From NCBI GenBank assembly GCA_964057225.1, contig OZ059894.1, positions 62,001-126,000 on the forward strand: a stretch of 64,000 nucleotides of DNA, written 5' to 3'. Source of the DNA: Auanema rhodensis. Lineage: Eukaryota > Animalia > Nematoda. The notes under the pieces were generated by a model. That model ran no database searches, was not told the DNA's origin, and worked only from the letters and a program-made list of their open reading frames with translations. The translations under genes were made by a program, and so were the position numbers. Shown piece after piece: positions 15,301 through 28,990 of this stretch (position 1 is its first letter; each line of letters opens with the position of its first letter).

Positions 15301-17248
15301 TTCAAAGTCATGGTTACCATGAACCAATATCAATCAAAATTTGTTTTTAGACTAATATGGACATGGGGAATCTAATTTTGAAAACCGCATCTCTTTATCT
15401 TTCACGTGAAGCGAGTTACATACCAAGTGCACATCACGTGTACATTTAATTAGCATAAATTAAAGTTCACGTAAATTTCAAAGTCATGGTTACCATGAAG
15501 CAATATCAATAAAAATTTGTTTTTAGACTAATATGGACATGGGGAATCTAATTTTGAAAACCGCATCTCTTTATCTTTCACGTGAAGCGAGTTACATACC
15601 AAGTGCACATCACGTGTACATTTAATTAGCATGAATTAAAGTTCACGTAAATTTCAAAGTCATGGTTACCATGAACCAATATCAATAAAAATTTGTTTTT
15701 AGACTAATATGGACATGGGGAATCTAATTTTGAAAACCGCATCTCTTTATCTTTCACGTGAAGCGAGTTACATACCAAGTGCACATCACGTGTACATTTA
15801 ATTAGCATAAATTAAAGTTCACGTAAATTTCAAAGTCATGGTTACCATGCACCAATATCAATAAAAATTTGTTTTTAGACTAATATGGACATGGGGAATC
15901 TAATTTTGAAAACCGCATCTCTTTATCTTTCACGTGAGGCGAGTTACATACCAAGTGCACATCACGTGTACATTTAATTAGCATAAATTAAAGTTCACGT
16001 AAATTTCAAAGTCATGGTTACCATGCACCAATATCAATAAAAATTTGTTTTTAGACTAATATGGACATGGGGAATCTAATTTTGAAAACCGCATCTCTTT
16101 ATCTTTTACGTGAAGCGAGTTACATACCAAGTGCACATCACGTGTACATTTAATTAGCATAAATTAAAGTTCACGTAAATTTCAAAGTCATGGTTACCAT
16201 AAACCAATATCAATAAAAATTTGTTTTTAGACTAATATGGACATGGGGAATCTAATTTTGAAAACCGCATCTCTTTATCTTTCACGTGAAGCGAGTTACA
16301 TACCAAGTGCACATCACGTGTACATTTAATTAGCATAAATTAAAGTTCACGTAAATTTCAAAGTCATGGTTACCATGAAGCAATATCAATAAAAATTTGT
16401 TTTTAGACTAATATGGACATGGGGAATCTAATTTTGAAAACCGCATCTCTTTATCTTTCACGTGAAGCGAGTTACATACCAAGTGCACATCACGTGTACA
16501 TTTAATTAGCATAAATTAAAGTTCACGTAAATTTCAAAGTCATGGTTACCATGAACCAATATCAATAAAAATTTGTTTTTAGACTAATATGGACATGGGG
16601 AATCTAATTTTGAAAACCGCATCTCTTTATCTTTCACGTGAAGCGAGTTACATACCAAGTGCACATCACGTGTACATTTAATTAGCATAAATTAAAGTTC
16701 ACGTAAATTTCAAAGTCATGGTTACCATGCACCAATATCAATAAAAATTTGTTTTTAGACTAATATGGACATGGGGAATCTAATTTTGAAAACCGCATCT
16801 CTTTATCTTTCACGTGAAGCGAGTTACATACCAAGTGCACATCACGTGTACATTTAATTAGCATAAATTAAAGTTCACGTAAATTTCAAAGTCATGGTTA
16901 CCATGAACCAATATCAATAAAAATTTGTTTTTAGATTAATATGGACATGGGGAATCTAATTTTGAAAACCGCATCTCTTTATCTTTCACGTGAAGCGAGT
17001 TACATACCAAGTGCACATCACGTGTACATTTAATTAGCATAAATTAAAGTTCACGTAAATTTCAAAGTCATGGTTACCATGAACCAATATCAATAAAAAT
17101 TTGTTTTTAGACTAATATGGACATGGGGAATCTAATTTTGAAAACCGCATCTCTTTATCTTTCACGTGAAGCGAGTTACATACCAAGTGCACATCACGTG
17201 TACATTTAATTAGCATAAATTAAAGTTCACGTAAATTTCAAAGTCATG
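12321..17248 (+). repeat. Local higher-order duplication, 2 x 14 monomers (2464 bp); boundaries approximate
   Basis: Private variants recur at exactly 2464 bp: AATCAAAA at 12519/14983 and 12871/15335, GCATGAATT at 13169/15633, GTGAGGC at 13474/15938. Confidence 0.85.
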
Positions 17249-20200
17249 GTTACCATGCACCAATATCAATAAAAATTTGTTTTTAGACTAATATGGACAT
17301 GGGGAATCTAATTTTGAAAACCGCATCTCTTTATCTTTCACGTGAAGCGAGTTACATACCAAGTGCACATCACGTGTACATTTAATTAGCATAAATTAAA
17401 GTTCACGTAAATTTCAAAGTCATGGTTACCATGCACCAATATCAATAAAAATTTGTTTTTAGACTAATATGGACATGGGGAATCTAATTTTGAAAACCGC
17501 ATCTCTTTATCTTTCACGTGAAGCGAGTTACATACCAAGTGCACATCACGTGTACATTTAATTAGCATAAATTAAAGTTCACGTAAATTTCAAAGTCATG
17601 GTTACCATGCACCAATATCAATAAAAATTTGTTTTTAGACTAATATGGACATGGGGAATCTAATTTTGAAAACCGCATCTCTTTATCTTTCACGTGAAGC
17701 GAGTTACATACCAAGTGCACATCACGTGTACATTTAATTAGCATAAATTAAAGTTCACGTAAATTTCAAAGTCATGGTTACCATGCACCAATATCAATAA
17801 AAATTTGTTTTTAGACTAATATGGACATGGGGAATCTAATTTTGAAAACCGCATCTCTTTATCTTTCACGTGAAGCGAGTTACATACCAAGTGCACATCA
17901 CGTGTACATTTAATTAGCATAAATTAAAGTTCACGTAAATTTCAAAGTCATGGTTACCATGCACCAATATCAATAAAAATTTGTTTTTAGACTAATATGG
18001 ACATGGGGAATCTAATTTTGAAAACCGCATCTCTTTATCTTTCACGTGAAGCGAGTTACATACCAAGTGCACATCACGTGTACATTTAATTAGCATAAAT
18101 TAAAGTTCACGTAAATTTCAAAGTCATGGTTACCATGAACCAATATCAATAAAAATTTGTTTTTAGATTAATATGGACATGGGGAATCTAATTTTGAAAA
18201 CCGCATCTCTTTATCTTTCACGTGAAGCGAGTTACATACCAAGTGCACATCACGTGTACATTTAATTAGCATAAATTAAAGTTCACGTAAATTTCAAAGT
18301 CATGGTTACCATGAACCAATATCAATAAAAATTTGTTTTTAGACTAATATGGACATGGGGAATCTAATTTTGAAAACCGCATCTCTTTATCTTTCACGTG
18401 AAGCGAGTTACATACCAAGTGCACATCACGTGTACATTTAATTAGCATAAATTAAAGTTCACGTAAATTTCAAAGTCATGGTTACCATGCACCAATATCA
18501 ATAAAAATTTGTTTTTAGACTAATATGGACATGGGGAATCTAATTTTGAAAACCGCATCTCTTTATCTTTCACGTGAAGCGAGTTACATACCAAGTGCAC
18601 ATCACATGTACACTTAATTAGCATAAATTAAAGTTCACGTAAAATTCAAAGTCATGGTTACCATGCACCAATATCAATAAAAATTTGTTTTTAGACTAAT
18701 ATGGACATGGGGAATCTAATTTTGAAAACCGCATCTCTTTATCTTTCACGTGAAGCGAGTTACATACCAAGTGCACATCACGTGTACATTTAATTAGCAT
18801 AAATTAAAGTTCACGTAAATTTCAAAGTCATGGTTACCATGCACCAATATCAATAAAAATTTGTTTTTAGACTAATATGGACATGGGGAATCTAATTTTG
18901 AAAACCGCATCTCTTTATCTTTCACGTGAAGCGAGTTACATACCAAGTGCACATCACGTGTACATTTAATTAGCATAAATTAAAGTTCACGTAAATTTCA
19001 AAGTCATGGTTACCATGCACCAATATCAATAAAAATTTGTTTTTAGACTAATATGGACATGGGGAATCTAATTTTGAAAACCGCATCTCTTTATCTTTCA
19101 CGTGAAGCGAGTTACATACCAAGTGCACATCACGTGTACATTTAATTAGCATAAATTAAAGTTCACGTAAATTTCAAAGTCATGGTTACCATGAACCAAT
19201 ATCAATAAAAATTTGTTTTTAGACTAATATGGACATGGGGAATCTAATTTTGAAAACCGCATCTCTTTATCTTTCACGTGAAGCGAGTTACATACCAAGT
19301 GCACATCACGTGTACATTTAATTAGCATAAATTAAAGTTCACGTAAATTTCAAAGTCATGGTTACCATGAACCAATATCAATAAAAATTTGTTTTTAGAC
19401 TAATATGGACATGGGGAATCTAATTTTGGAAACCGCATCTCTTTATCTTTCACGTGAAGCGAGTTACATACCAAGTGCACATCACGTGTACATTTAATTA
19501 GCATAAATTAAAGTTCACGTAAATTTCAAAGTCATGGTTACCATGAAGCAATATCAATAAAAATTTGTTTTTAGACTAATATGGACATGGGGAATCTAAT
19601 TTTGAAAACCGCATCTCTTTATCTTTCACGTGAAGCGAGTTACATACCAAGTGCACATCACGTGTACATTTAATTAGCATAAATTAAAGTTCACGTAAAT
19701 TTCAAAGTCATGGTTACCATGCACCAATATCAATAAAAATTTGTTTTTAGACTAATATGGACATGGGGGATCTAATTTTGAAAACCGCATCTCTTTATCT
19801 TTCACGTGAAGCGAGTTACATACCAAGTGCACATCACGTGTACATTTAATTAGCATAAATTAAAGTTCACGTAAATTTCAAAGTCATGGTTACCATGAAC
19901 CAATATCAATAAAAATTTGTTTTTAGACTAATATGGACATGGGTAATCTAATTTTGAAAACCGCATCTCTTTATCTTTCACATGAAGCGAGTTACATACC
20001 AAGTGCACATCACGTGTACATTTAATTAGCATAAATTAAAGTTCACGTAAATTTCAAAGTCATGGTTACCATGAAGCAATATCAATAAAAATTTGTTTTT
20101 AGACTAATATGGACATGGGGAATCTAATTTTGATAACCGCATCTCTTTATCTTTCACGTGAAGCGAGTTACATACCAAGTGCACATCACGTGTACATTTA

Positions 20201-20416
20201 ATTAGCATAAATTAAAGTTCACGTAAAATTCAAAGTCATGGTTACCATGCACCAATATCAATAAAAATTTGTTTTTAGACTAATATGGACATGGGGAATC
20301 TAATTTTGAAAACCGCATCTCTTTATCTTTCACGTGAAGCGGGTTACATACCAAGTGCACATCACGTGTACATTTAATTAGCATAAATTAAAGTTCACGT
20401 AAATTTCAAAGTCATG

Positions 20417-20542
20417 GTTACCATGAACCAATATCAATAAAAATTTGTTTTTAGACTAATATGGACATGGGGAATCAAATTGTTTTTAGACTAATATGGA
20501 CATGGGGAATAAATTAAAGTTCACGTAAATTTCAAAGTCATG
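20417..20542 (+). repeat. Rearranged 126-bp monomer (84-bp deletion with 34-bp templated insertion)
   Basis: Monomer positions 1-60 (20417-20476), then AAATTGTTTTTAGACTAATATGGACATGGGGAAT (20477-20510, a near copy of monomer positions ~25-59), then positions 145-176 (20511-20542). Confidence 0.95.
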
Positions 20543-23500
20543 GTTACCATGCACCAATATCAATAAAAATTTGTTTTTAGACTAATATGGACATGGGGAA
20601 TCTAATTTTGAAAACCGCATCTCTTTATCTTTCACGTGAAGCGAGTTACATACCAAGTGCACATCACGTGTACATTTAATTAGCATAAATTAAAGTTCAC
20701 GTAAAATTCAAAGTCATGGTTACCATGCACCAATATCAATAAAAATTTGTTTTTAGACTAATATGGACATGGGGAATCTAATTTTGAAAACCGCATCTCT
20801 TTATCTTTCACGTGAAGCGGGTTACATACCAAGTGCACATCACGTGTACATTTAATTAGCATAAATTAAAGTTCACGTAAATTTCAAAGTCATGGTTACC
20901 ATGAACCAATATCAATAAAAATTTGTTTTTAGACTAATATGGACATGGGGAATATAATTTTGAAAACCGCATCTCTTTATCTTTCACGTGAAGCGAGTTA
21001 CATACCAAGTGCACATCACGTGTACATTTAATTAGCATAAATTAAAGTTCACGTAAATTTCAAAGTCATGGTTACCATGCACCAATATCAATAAAAATTT
21101 GTTTTTAGACTAATATGGACATGGGGAATCTAATTTTGAAAACCGCATCTCTTTATCTTTCACGTGAAGCGAGTTACATACCAAGAGCACATCACGTGTA
21201 CATTTAATTAGCATAAATTAAAGTTCACGTAAAATTCAAAGTCATGGTTACCATGCACCAATATCAATAAAAATTTGTTTTTAGACTAATATGGACATGG
21301 GGAATCTAATTTTGAAAACCGCATCTCTTTATCTTTCACGTGAAGCGAGTTACATACCAAGTGCACATCACGTGTACATTTAATTTGCATAAATTAAAGT
21401 TCACGTAAATTTCAAAGTCATGGTTACCATGCACCAATATCAATAAAAATTTGTTTTTAGACTAATATGGACATGGGGAATCTAATTTTGAAAACCGCAT
21501 CTCTTTATCTTTCACGTGAAGCGAGTTACATACCAAGTGCACATCACGTGTACATTTAATTTGCATAAATTAAAGTTCACGTAAATTTCAAAGTCATGGT
21601 TACCATGCACCAATATCAATAAAAATTTGTTTTTAGACTAATATGGACATGGGGAATCTAATTTTGAAAACCGCATCTCTTTATCTTTCACGTGAAGCGA
21701 GTTACATACCAAGTGCACATCACATGTACACTTAATTAGCATAAATTAAAGTTCACGTAAAATTCAAAGTCATGGTTACCATGCACCAATATCAATAAAA
21801 ATTTGTTTTTAGACTAATATGGACATGGGGAATCTAATTTTGAAAACCGCATCTCTTTATCTTTCACGTGAAGCGAGTTACATACCAAGTGCACATCACG
21901 TGTACATTTAATTAGCATAAATTAAAGTTCACGTAAATTTCAAAGTCATGGTTACCATGCACCAATATCAATAAAAATTTGTTTTTAGACTAATATGGAC
22001 ATGGGGAATCTAATTTTGAAAACCGCATCTCTTTATCTTTCACGTGAAGCGAGTTACATACCAAGTGCACATCACGTGTACATTTAATTAGCATAAATTA
22101 AAGTTCACGTAAATTTCAAAGTCATGGTTACCATGCACCAATATCAATAAAAATTTGTTTTTAGACTAATATGGACATGGGGAATCTAATTTTGAAAACC
22201 GCATCTCTTTATCTTTCACGTGAAGCGAGTTACATACCAAGTGCACATCACGTGTACATTTAATTAGCATAAATTAAAGTTCACGTAAATTTCAAAGTCA
22301 TGGTTACCATGAACCAATATCAATAAAAATTTGTTTTTAGACTAATATGGACATGGGGAATCTAATTTTGAAAACCGCATCTCTTTATCTTTCACGTGAA
22401 GCGAGTTACATACCAAGTGCACATCACGTGTACATTTAATTAGCATAAATTAAAGTTCACGTAAATTTCAAAGTCATGGTTACCATGCACCAATATCAAT
22501 AAAAATTTGTTTTTAGACTAATATGGACATGGGGAATCTAATTTTGAAAACCGCATCTCTTTATCTTCCACGTGAAGCGAGTTACATACCAAGTGCACAT
22601 CACGTGTACATTTAATTAGCATAAATTAAAGTTCACGTAAATTTCAAAGTCATGGTTACCATGAACCAATATCAATAAAAATTTGTTTTTAGACTAATAT
22701 GGACATGGGGAATCTAATTTTGAAAACCGCATCTCTTTATCTTTCACGTGAAGCGAGTTACATACCAAGTGCACATCACGTGTACATTTAATTAGCATAA
22801 ATTAAAGTTCACGTAAATTTCAAAGTCATGGTTACCATGAAGCAATATCAATAAAAATTTGTTTTTAGACTAATATGGACATGGGGAATCTAATTTTGAA
22901 AACCGCATCTCTTTATCTTTCACGTGAAGCGAGTTACATACCAAGTGCACATCACGTGTACATTTAATTAGCATAAATTAAAGTTCACGTAAATTTCAAA
23001 GTCATGGTTACCATGAACCAATATCAATAAAAATTTGTTTTTAGACTAATATGGACATGGGGAATCTAATTTTGAAAACCGCATCTCTTTATCTTTCACG
23101 TGAAGCGAGTTACATACCAAGTGCACATCACGTGTACATTTAATTAGCATAAATTAAAGTTCACGTAAAATTCAAAGTCATGGTTACCATGCACCAATAT
23201 CAATAAAAATTTGTTTTTAGACTAATATGGACATGGGGAATCTAATTTTGAAAACCGCATCTCTTTATCTTTTACGTGAAGCGAGTTACATACCAAGTGC
23301 ACATCACGTGTACATTTAATTAGCATAAATTAAAGTTCACGTAAATTTCAAAGTCATGGTTACCATGCACCAATATAAATAAAAATTTGTTTTTAGACTA
23401 ATATGGACATGGGGAATCTAATTTTGAAAACCGCATCTCTTTATCTTTCACGTGAAGCGAGTTACATACCAAGTGCACATCACGTGTACATTTAATTAGC

Positions 23501-26500
23501 ATAAATTAAAGTTCACGTAAATTTCAAAGTCATGGTTACCATGCACCAATATCAATAAAAATTTGTTTTTAGACTAATATGGACATGGGGAATCTAATTT
23601 TGAAAACCGCATCTCTTTATCTTTCACGTGAAGCGAGTTACATACCAAGTGCACATCACGTGTACATTTAATTAGCATAAATTAAAGTTCACGTAAATTT
23701 CAAAGTCATGGTTACCATGAACCAATATCAATAAAAATTTGTTTTCAGACTAATATGGACATGGGGAATCTAATTTTGAAAACCGCATCTCTTTATCTTT
23801 CACGTGAAGCGAGTTACATACCAAGTGCACATCACGTGTACATTTAATTAGCATAAATTAAAGTTCACGTAAAATTCAAAGTCATGGTTACCATGCACCA
23901 ATATCAATAAAAATTTGTTTTTAGACTAATATGGACATGGGGAATCTAATTTTGAAAACCGCATCTCTTTATCTTTCACGTGAAGCGAGTTACATACCAA
24001 GTGCACATCACGTGTACATTTAATTAGCATAAATTAAAGTTCACGTAAATTTCAAAGTCATGGTTACCATGAAGCAATATCAATAAAAATTTGTTTTTAG
24101 ACTAATATGGACATGGGGAATCTAATTTTGAAAACCGCATCTCTTTATCTTTCACGTGAAGCGAGTTACATACCAAGTGCACATCACGTGTACATTTAAT
24201 TAGCATAAATTAAAGTTCACGTAAATTTCAAAGTCATGGTTACCATGCACCAATATCAATAAAAATTTGTTTTCAGACTAATATGGACATGGGGAATCTA
24301 ATTTTGAAAACCGCATCTCTTTATCTTTCACGTGAAGCGAGTTACATACCAAGTGCACATCACGTGTACATTTAATTAGCATAAATTAAAGTTCACGTAA
24401 ATTTCAAAGTCATGGTTACCATGCACCAATATCAATAAAAATTTGTTTTTAGACTAATATGGACATGGGGAATCTAATTTTGAAAACCGCATCTCTTTAT
24501 CTTCTACGTGAAGCGAGTTACATACCAAGTGCACATCACGTGTACATTTAATTAGCATAAATTAAAGTTCACGTAAAATTCAAAGTCATGGTTACCATGC
24601 ACCAATATCAATAAAAATTTGTTTTTAGACTAATATGGACATGGGGAATCTAATTTTGAAAACCGCATCTCTTTATCTTTTACGTGAAGCGAGTTACATA
24701 CCAAGTGCACATCACGTGTACATTTAATTAGCATAAATTAAAGTTCACGTAAATTTCAAAGTCATGGTTACCATGAACCAATATCAATAAAAATTTGTTT
24801 TTAGACTAATATGGACATGGGGAATCTGATTTTGAAAACCGCATCTCTTTATCTTTCACGTGAAGCGAGTTACATACCAAGTGCACATCACGTGTACATT
24901 TAATTAGCATAAATTAAAGTTCACGTAAAATTCAAAGTCATGGTTACCATGCACCAATATCAATAAAAATTTGTTTTTAGACTAATATGGACATGGGGAA
25001 TCTAATTTTGAAAACCGCATCTCTTTATCTTTTACGTGAAGCGAGTTACATACCAAGTGCACATCACGTGTACATTTAATTAGCATAAATTAAAGTTCAC
25101 GTAAATTTCAAAGTCATGGTTACCATGAAGCAATATCAATAAAAATTTGTTTTTAGACTAATATGGACATGGGGAATCTAATTTTGAAAACCGCATCTCT
25201 TTATCTTTCACGTGAAGCGAGTTACATACCAAGTGCACATCACGTGTACATTTAATTAGCATAAATTAAAGTTCACGTAAAATTCAAAGTCATGGTTACC
25301 ATGCACCAATATCAATAAAAATTTGTTTTTAGACTAATATGGACATGGGGAATCTAATTTTGAAAACCGCATCTCTTTATCTTTCACGTGAAGCGAGTTA
25401 CATACCAAGTGCACATCACGTGTACATTTAATTAGCATAAATTAAAGTTCACGTAAATTTCAAAGTCATGGTTACCATGAAGCAATATCAATAAAAATTT
25501 GTTTTTAGACTAATATGGACATGGGGAATCTAATTTTGAAAACCGCATCTCTTTATCTTTCACGTGAAGCGAGTTACATACCAAGCGCACATCACGTGTA
25601 CATTTAATTAGCATAAATTAAAGTTCACGTAAAATTCAAAGTCATGGTTACCATGCACCAATATCAATAAAAATTTGTTTTTAGACTAATATGGACATGG
25701 GGAATCTAATTTTGAAAACCGCATCTCTTTATCTTTTACGTGAAGCGAGTTACATACCAAGTGCACATCACGTGTACATTTAATTAGCATAAATTAAAGT
25801 TCACGTAAATTTCAAAGTCATGGTTACCATGCACCAATATCAATAAAAATTTGTTTTTAGACTAATATGGACATGGGGAATCTAATTTTGAAAACCGCAT
25901 CTCTTTATCTTTTACGTGAAGCGAGTTACATACCAAGTGCACATCACGTGTACATTTAATTAGCATAAATTAAAGTTCACGTAAATTTCAAAGTCATGGT
26001 TACCATGAACCAATATCAATAAAAATTTGTTTTTAGACTAATATGGACATGGGGAATCTGATTTTGAAAACCGCATCTCTTTATCTTTCACGTGAAGCGA
26101 GTTACATACCAAGTGCACATCACGTGTACATTTAATTAGCATAAATTAAAGTTCACGTAAAATTCAAAGTCATGGTTACCATGCACCAATATCAATAAAA
26201 ATTTGTTTTTAGACTAATATGGACATGGGGAATCTAATTTTGAAAACCGCATCTCTTTATCTTTTACGTGAAGCGAGTTACATACCAAGTGCACATCACG
26301 TGTACATTTAATTAGCATAAATTAAAGTTCACGTAAATTTCAAAGTCATGGTTACCATGAACCAATATCAATAAAAATTTGTTTTTAGACTAATATGGAC
26401 ATGGGGAATCTAATTTTGAAAACCGCATCTCTTTATCTTTCACGTGAAGCGAGTTACATACCAAGTGCACATCACGTGTACATTTAATTAGCATAAATTA

Positions 26501-28990
26501 AAGTTCACGTAAAATTCAAAGTCATGGTTACCATGCACCAATATCAATAAAAATTTGTTTTTAGACTAATATGGACATGGGGAATCTAATTTTGAAAACC
26601 GCATCTCTTTATCTTTTACGTGAAGCGAGTTACATACCAAGTGCACATCACGTGTACATTTAATTAGCATAAATTAAAGTTCACGTAAATTTCAAAGTCA
26701 TGGTTACCATGAACCAATATCAATAAAAATTTGTTTTTAGACTAATATGGACATGGGGAATCTAATTTTGAAAACCGCATCTCTTTATCTTTCACGTGAA
26801 GCGAGTTACATACCAAGTGCACATCACGTGTACATTTAATTAGCATAAATTAAAGTTCACGTAAAATTCAAAGTCATGGTTACCATGCACCAATATCAAT
26901 AAAAATTTGTTTTTAGACTAATATGGACATGGGGAATCTAATTTTGAAAACCGCATCTCTTTATCTTTTACGTGAAGCGAGTTACATACCAAGTGCACAT
27001 CACGTGTACATTTAATTAGCATAAATTAAAGTTCACGTAAATTTCAAAGTCATGGTTACCATGAACCAATATCAATAAAAATTTGTTTTTAGACTAATAT
27101 GGACATGGGGAATCTAATTTTGAAAACCGCTGCTCTTTATCTTTCACGTGAAGCGAGTTACATACCAAGTGCACATCACGTGTACATTTAATTAGCATAA
27201 ATTAAAGTTCACGTAAATTTCAAAGTCATGGTTACCATGCACCAATATCAATAAAAATTTGTTTTTAGACTAATATGGACATGGGGAATCTAATTTTGAA
27301 AACCGCATCTCTTCATCTTTCACGTGAAGCGAGTTACATACCAAGTGCACATCACGTGTACATTTAATTAGCATAAATTAAAGTTCACGTAAATTTCAAA
27401 GTCATGGTTACCATGCACCAATATCAATAAAAATTTGTTTTTAGACTAATATGGACATGGGGAATCTAATTTTGAAAACCGCATCTCTTTATCTTTTACG
27501 TGAAGCGAGTTACATACCAAGTGCACATCACGTGTACATTTAATTAGCATAAATTAAAGTTCACGTAAATTTCAAAGTCATGGTTACCATGCACCAATAT
27601 CAATAAAAATTTGTTTTTAGACTAATATGGACATGGGAAATCTAATTTTGAAAACCGCATCTCTTTATCTTTTACGTGAAGCGAGTTACATACCAAGTGC
27701 ACATCACGTGTACATTTAATTAGCATAAATTAAAGTTCACGTAAAATTCAAAGTCATGGTTACCATGCACCAATATCAATAAAAATTTGTTTTTAGACTA
27801 ATATGGACATGGGGAATCTAATTTTGAAAACCGCATCTCTTTATCTTTTACGTGAAGCGAGTTACATACCAAGTGCACATCACGTGTACATATTATTAGC
27901 ATAAATTAAAGTTCACGTAAATTTCAAAGTCATGGTTACCATGAACCAATATCAATAAAAATTTGTTTTTAGACTAATATGGACATGGGGAATCTGATTT
28001 TGAAAACCGCATCTCTTTATCTTTCACGTGAAGCGAGTTACATACCAAGTGCACATCACGTGTACATTTAATTAGCATAAATTAAAGTTCACGTAAAATT
28101 CAAAGTCATGGTTACCATGCACCAATATCAATAAAAATTTGTTTTTAGACTAATATGGACATGGGGAATCTAATTTTGAAAACCGCATCTCTTTATCTTT
28201 CACGTGAAGCGAGTTACATACCAAGTGCACATCACGTGTACATTTAATTAGCATAAATTAAAGTTCACGTAAATTTCAAAGTCATGGTTACCATGAACCA
28301 ATATCAATAAAAATTTGTTTTTAGACTAATATGGACATGGGGAATCTAATTTTGAAAACCGCATCTCTTTATCTTTCACGTGAAGCGAGTTACATACCAA
28401 GTGCACATCACGTGTACATTTAATTAGCATAAATTAAAGTTCACGTAAAATTCAAAGTCATGGTTACCATGCACCAATATCAATAAAAATTTGTTTTTAG
28501 ACTAATATGGACATGGGGAATCTAATTTTGAAAACCGCATCTCTTTATCTTTTACGTGAAGCGAGTTACATACCAAGTGCACATCACGTGTACATTTAAT
28601 TAGCATAAATTAAAGTTCACGTAAATTTCAAAGTCATGGTTACCATGAACCAATATCAATAAAAATTTGTTTTTAGACTAATATGGACATGGGGAATCTA
28701 ATTTTGAAAACCGCATCTCTTTATCTTTCACGTGAAGCGAGTTACATACCAAGTGCACATCACGTGTACATTTAATTAGCATAAATTAAAGTTCACGTAA
28801 ATTTCAAAGTCATGGTTACCATGCACCAATATCAATAAAAATTTGTTTTTAGACTAATATGGACATGGGGAATCTAATTTTGAAAACCGCATCTCTTCAT
28901 CTTTCACGTGAAGCGAGTTACATACCAAGTGCACATCACGTGTACATTTAATTAGCATAAATTAAAGTTCACGTAAATTTCAAAGTCATG

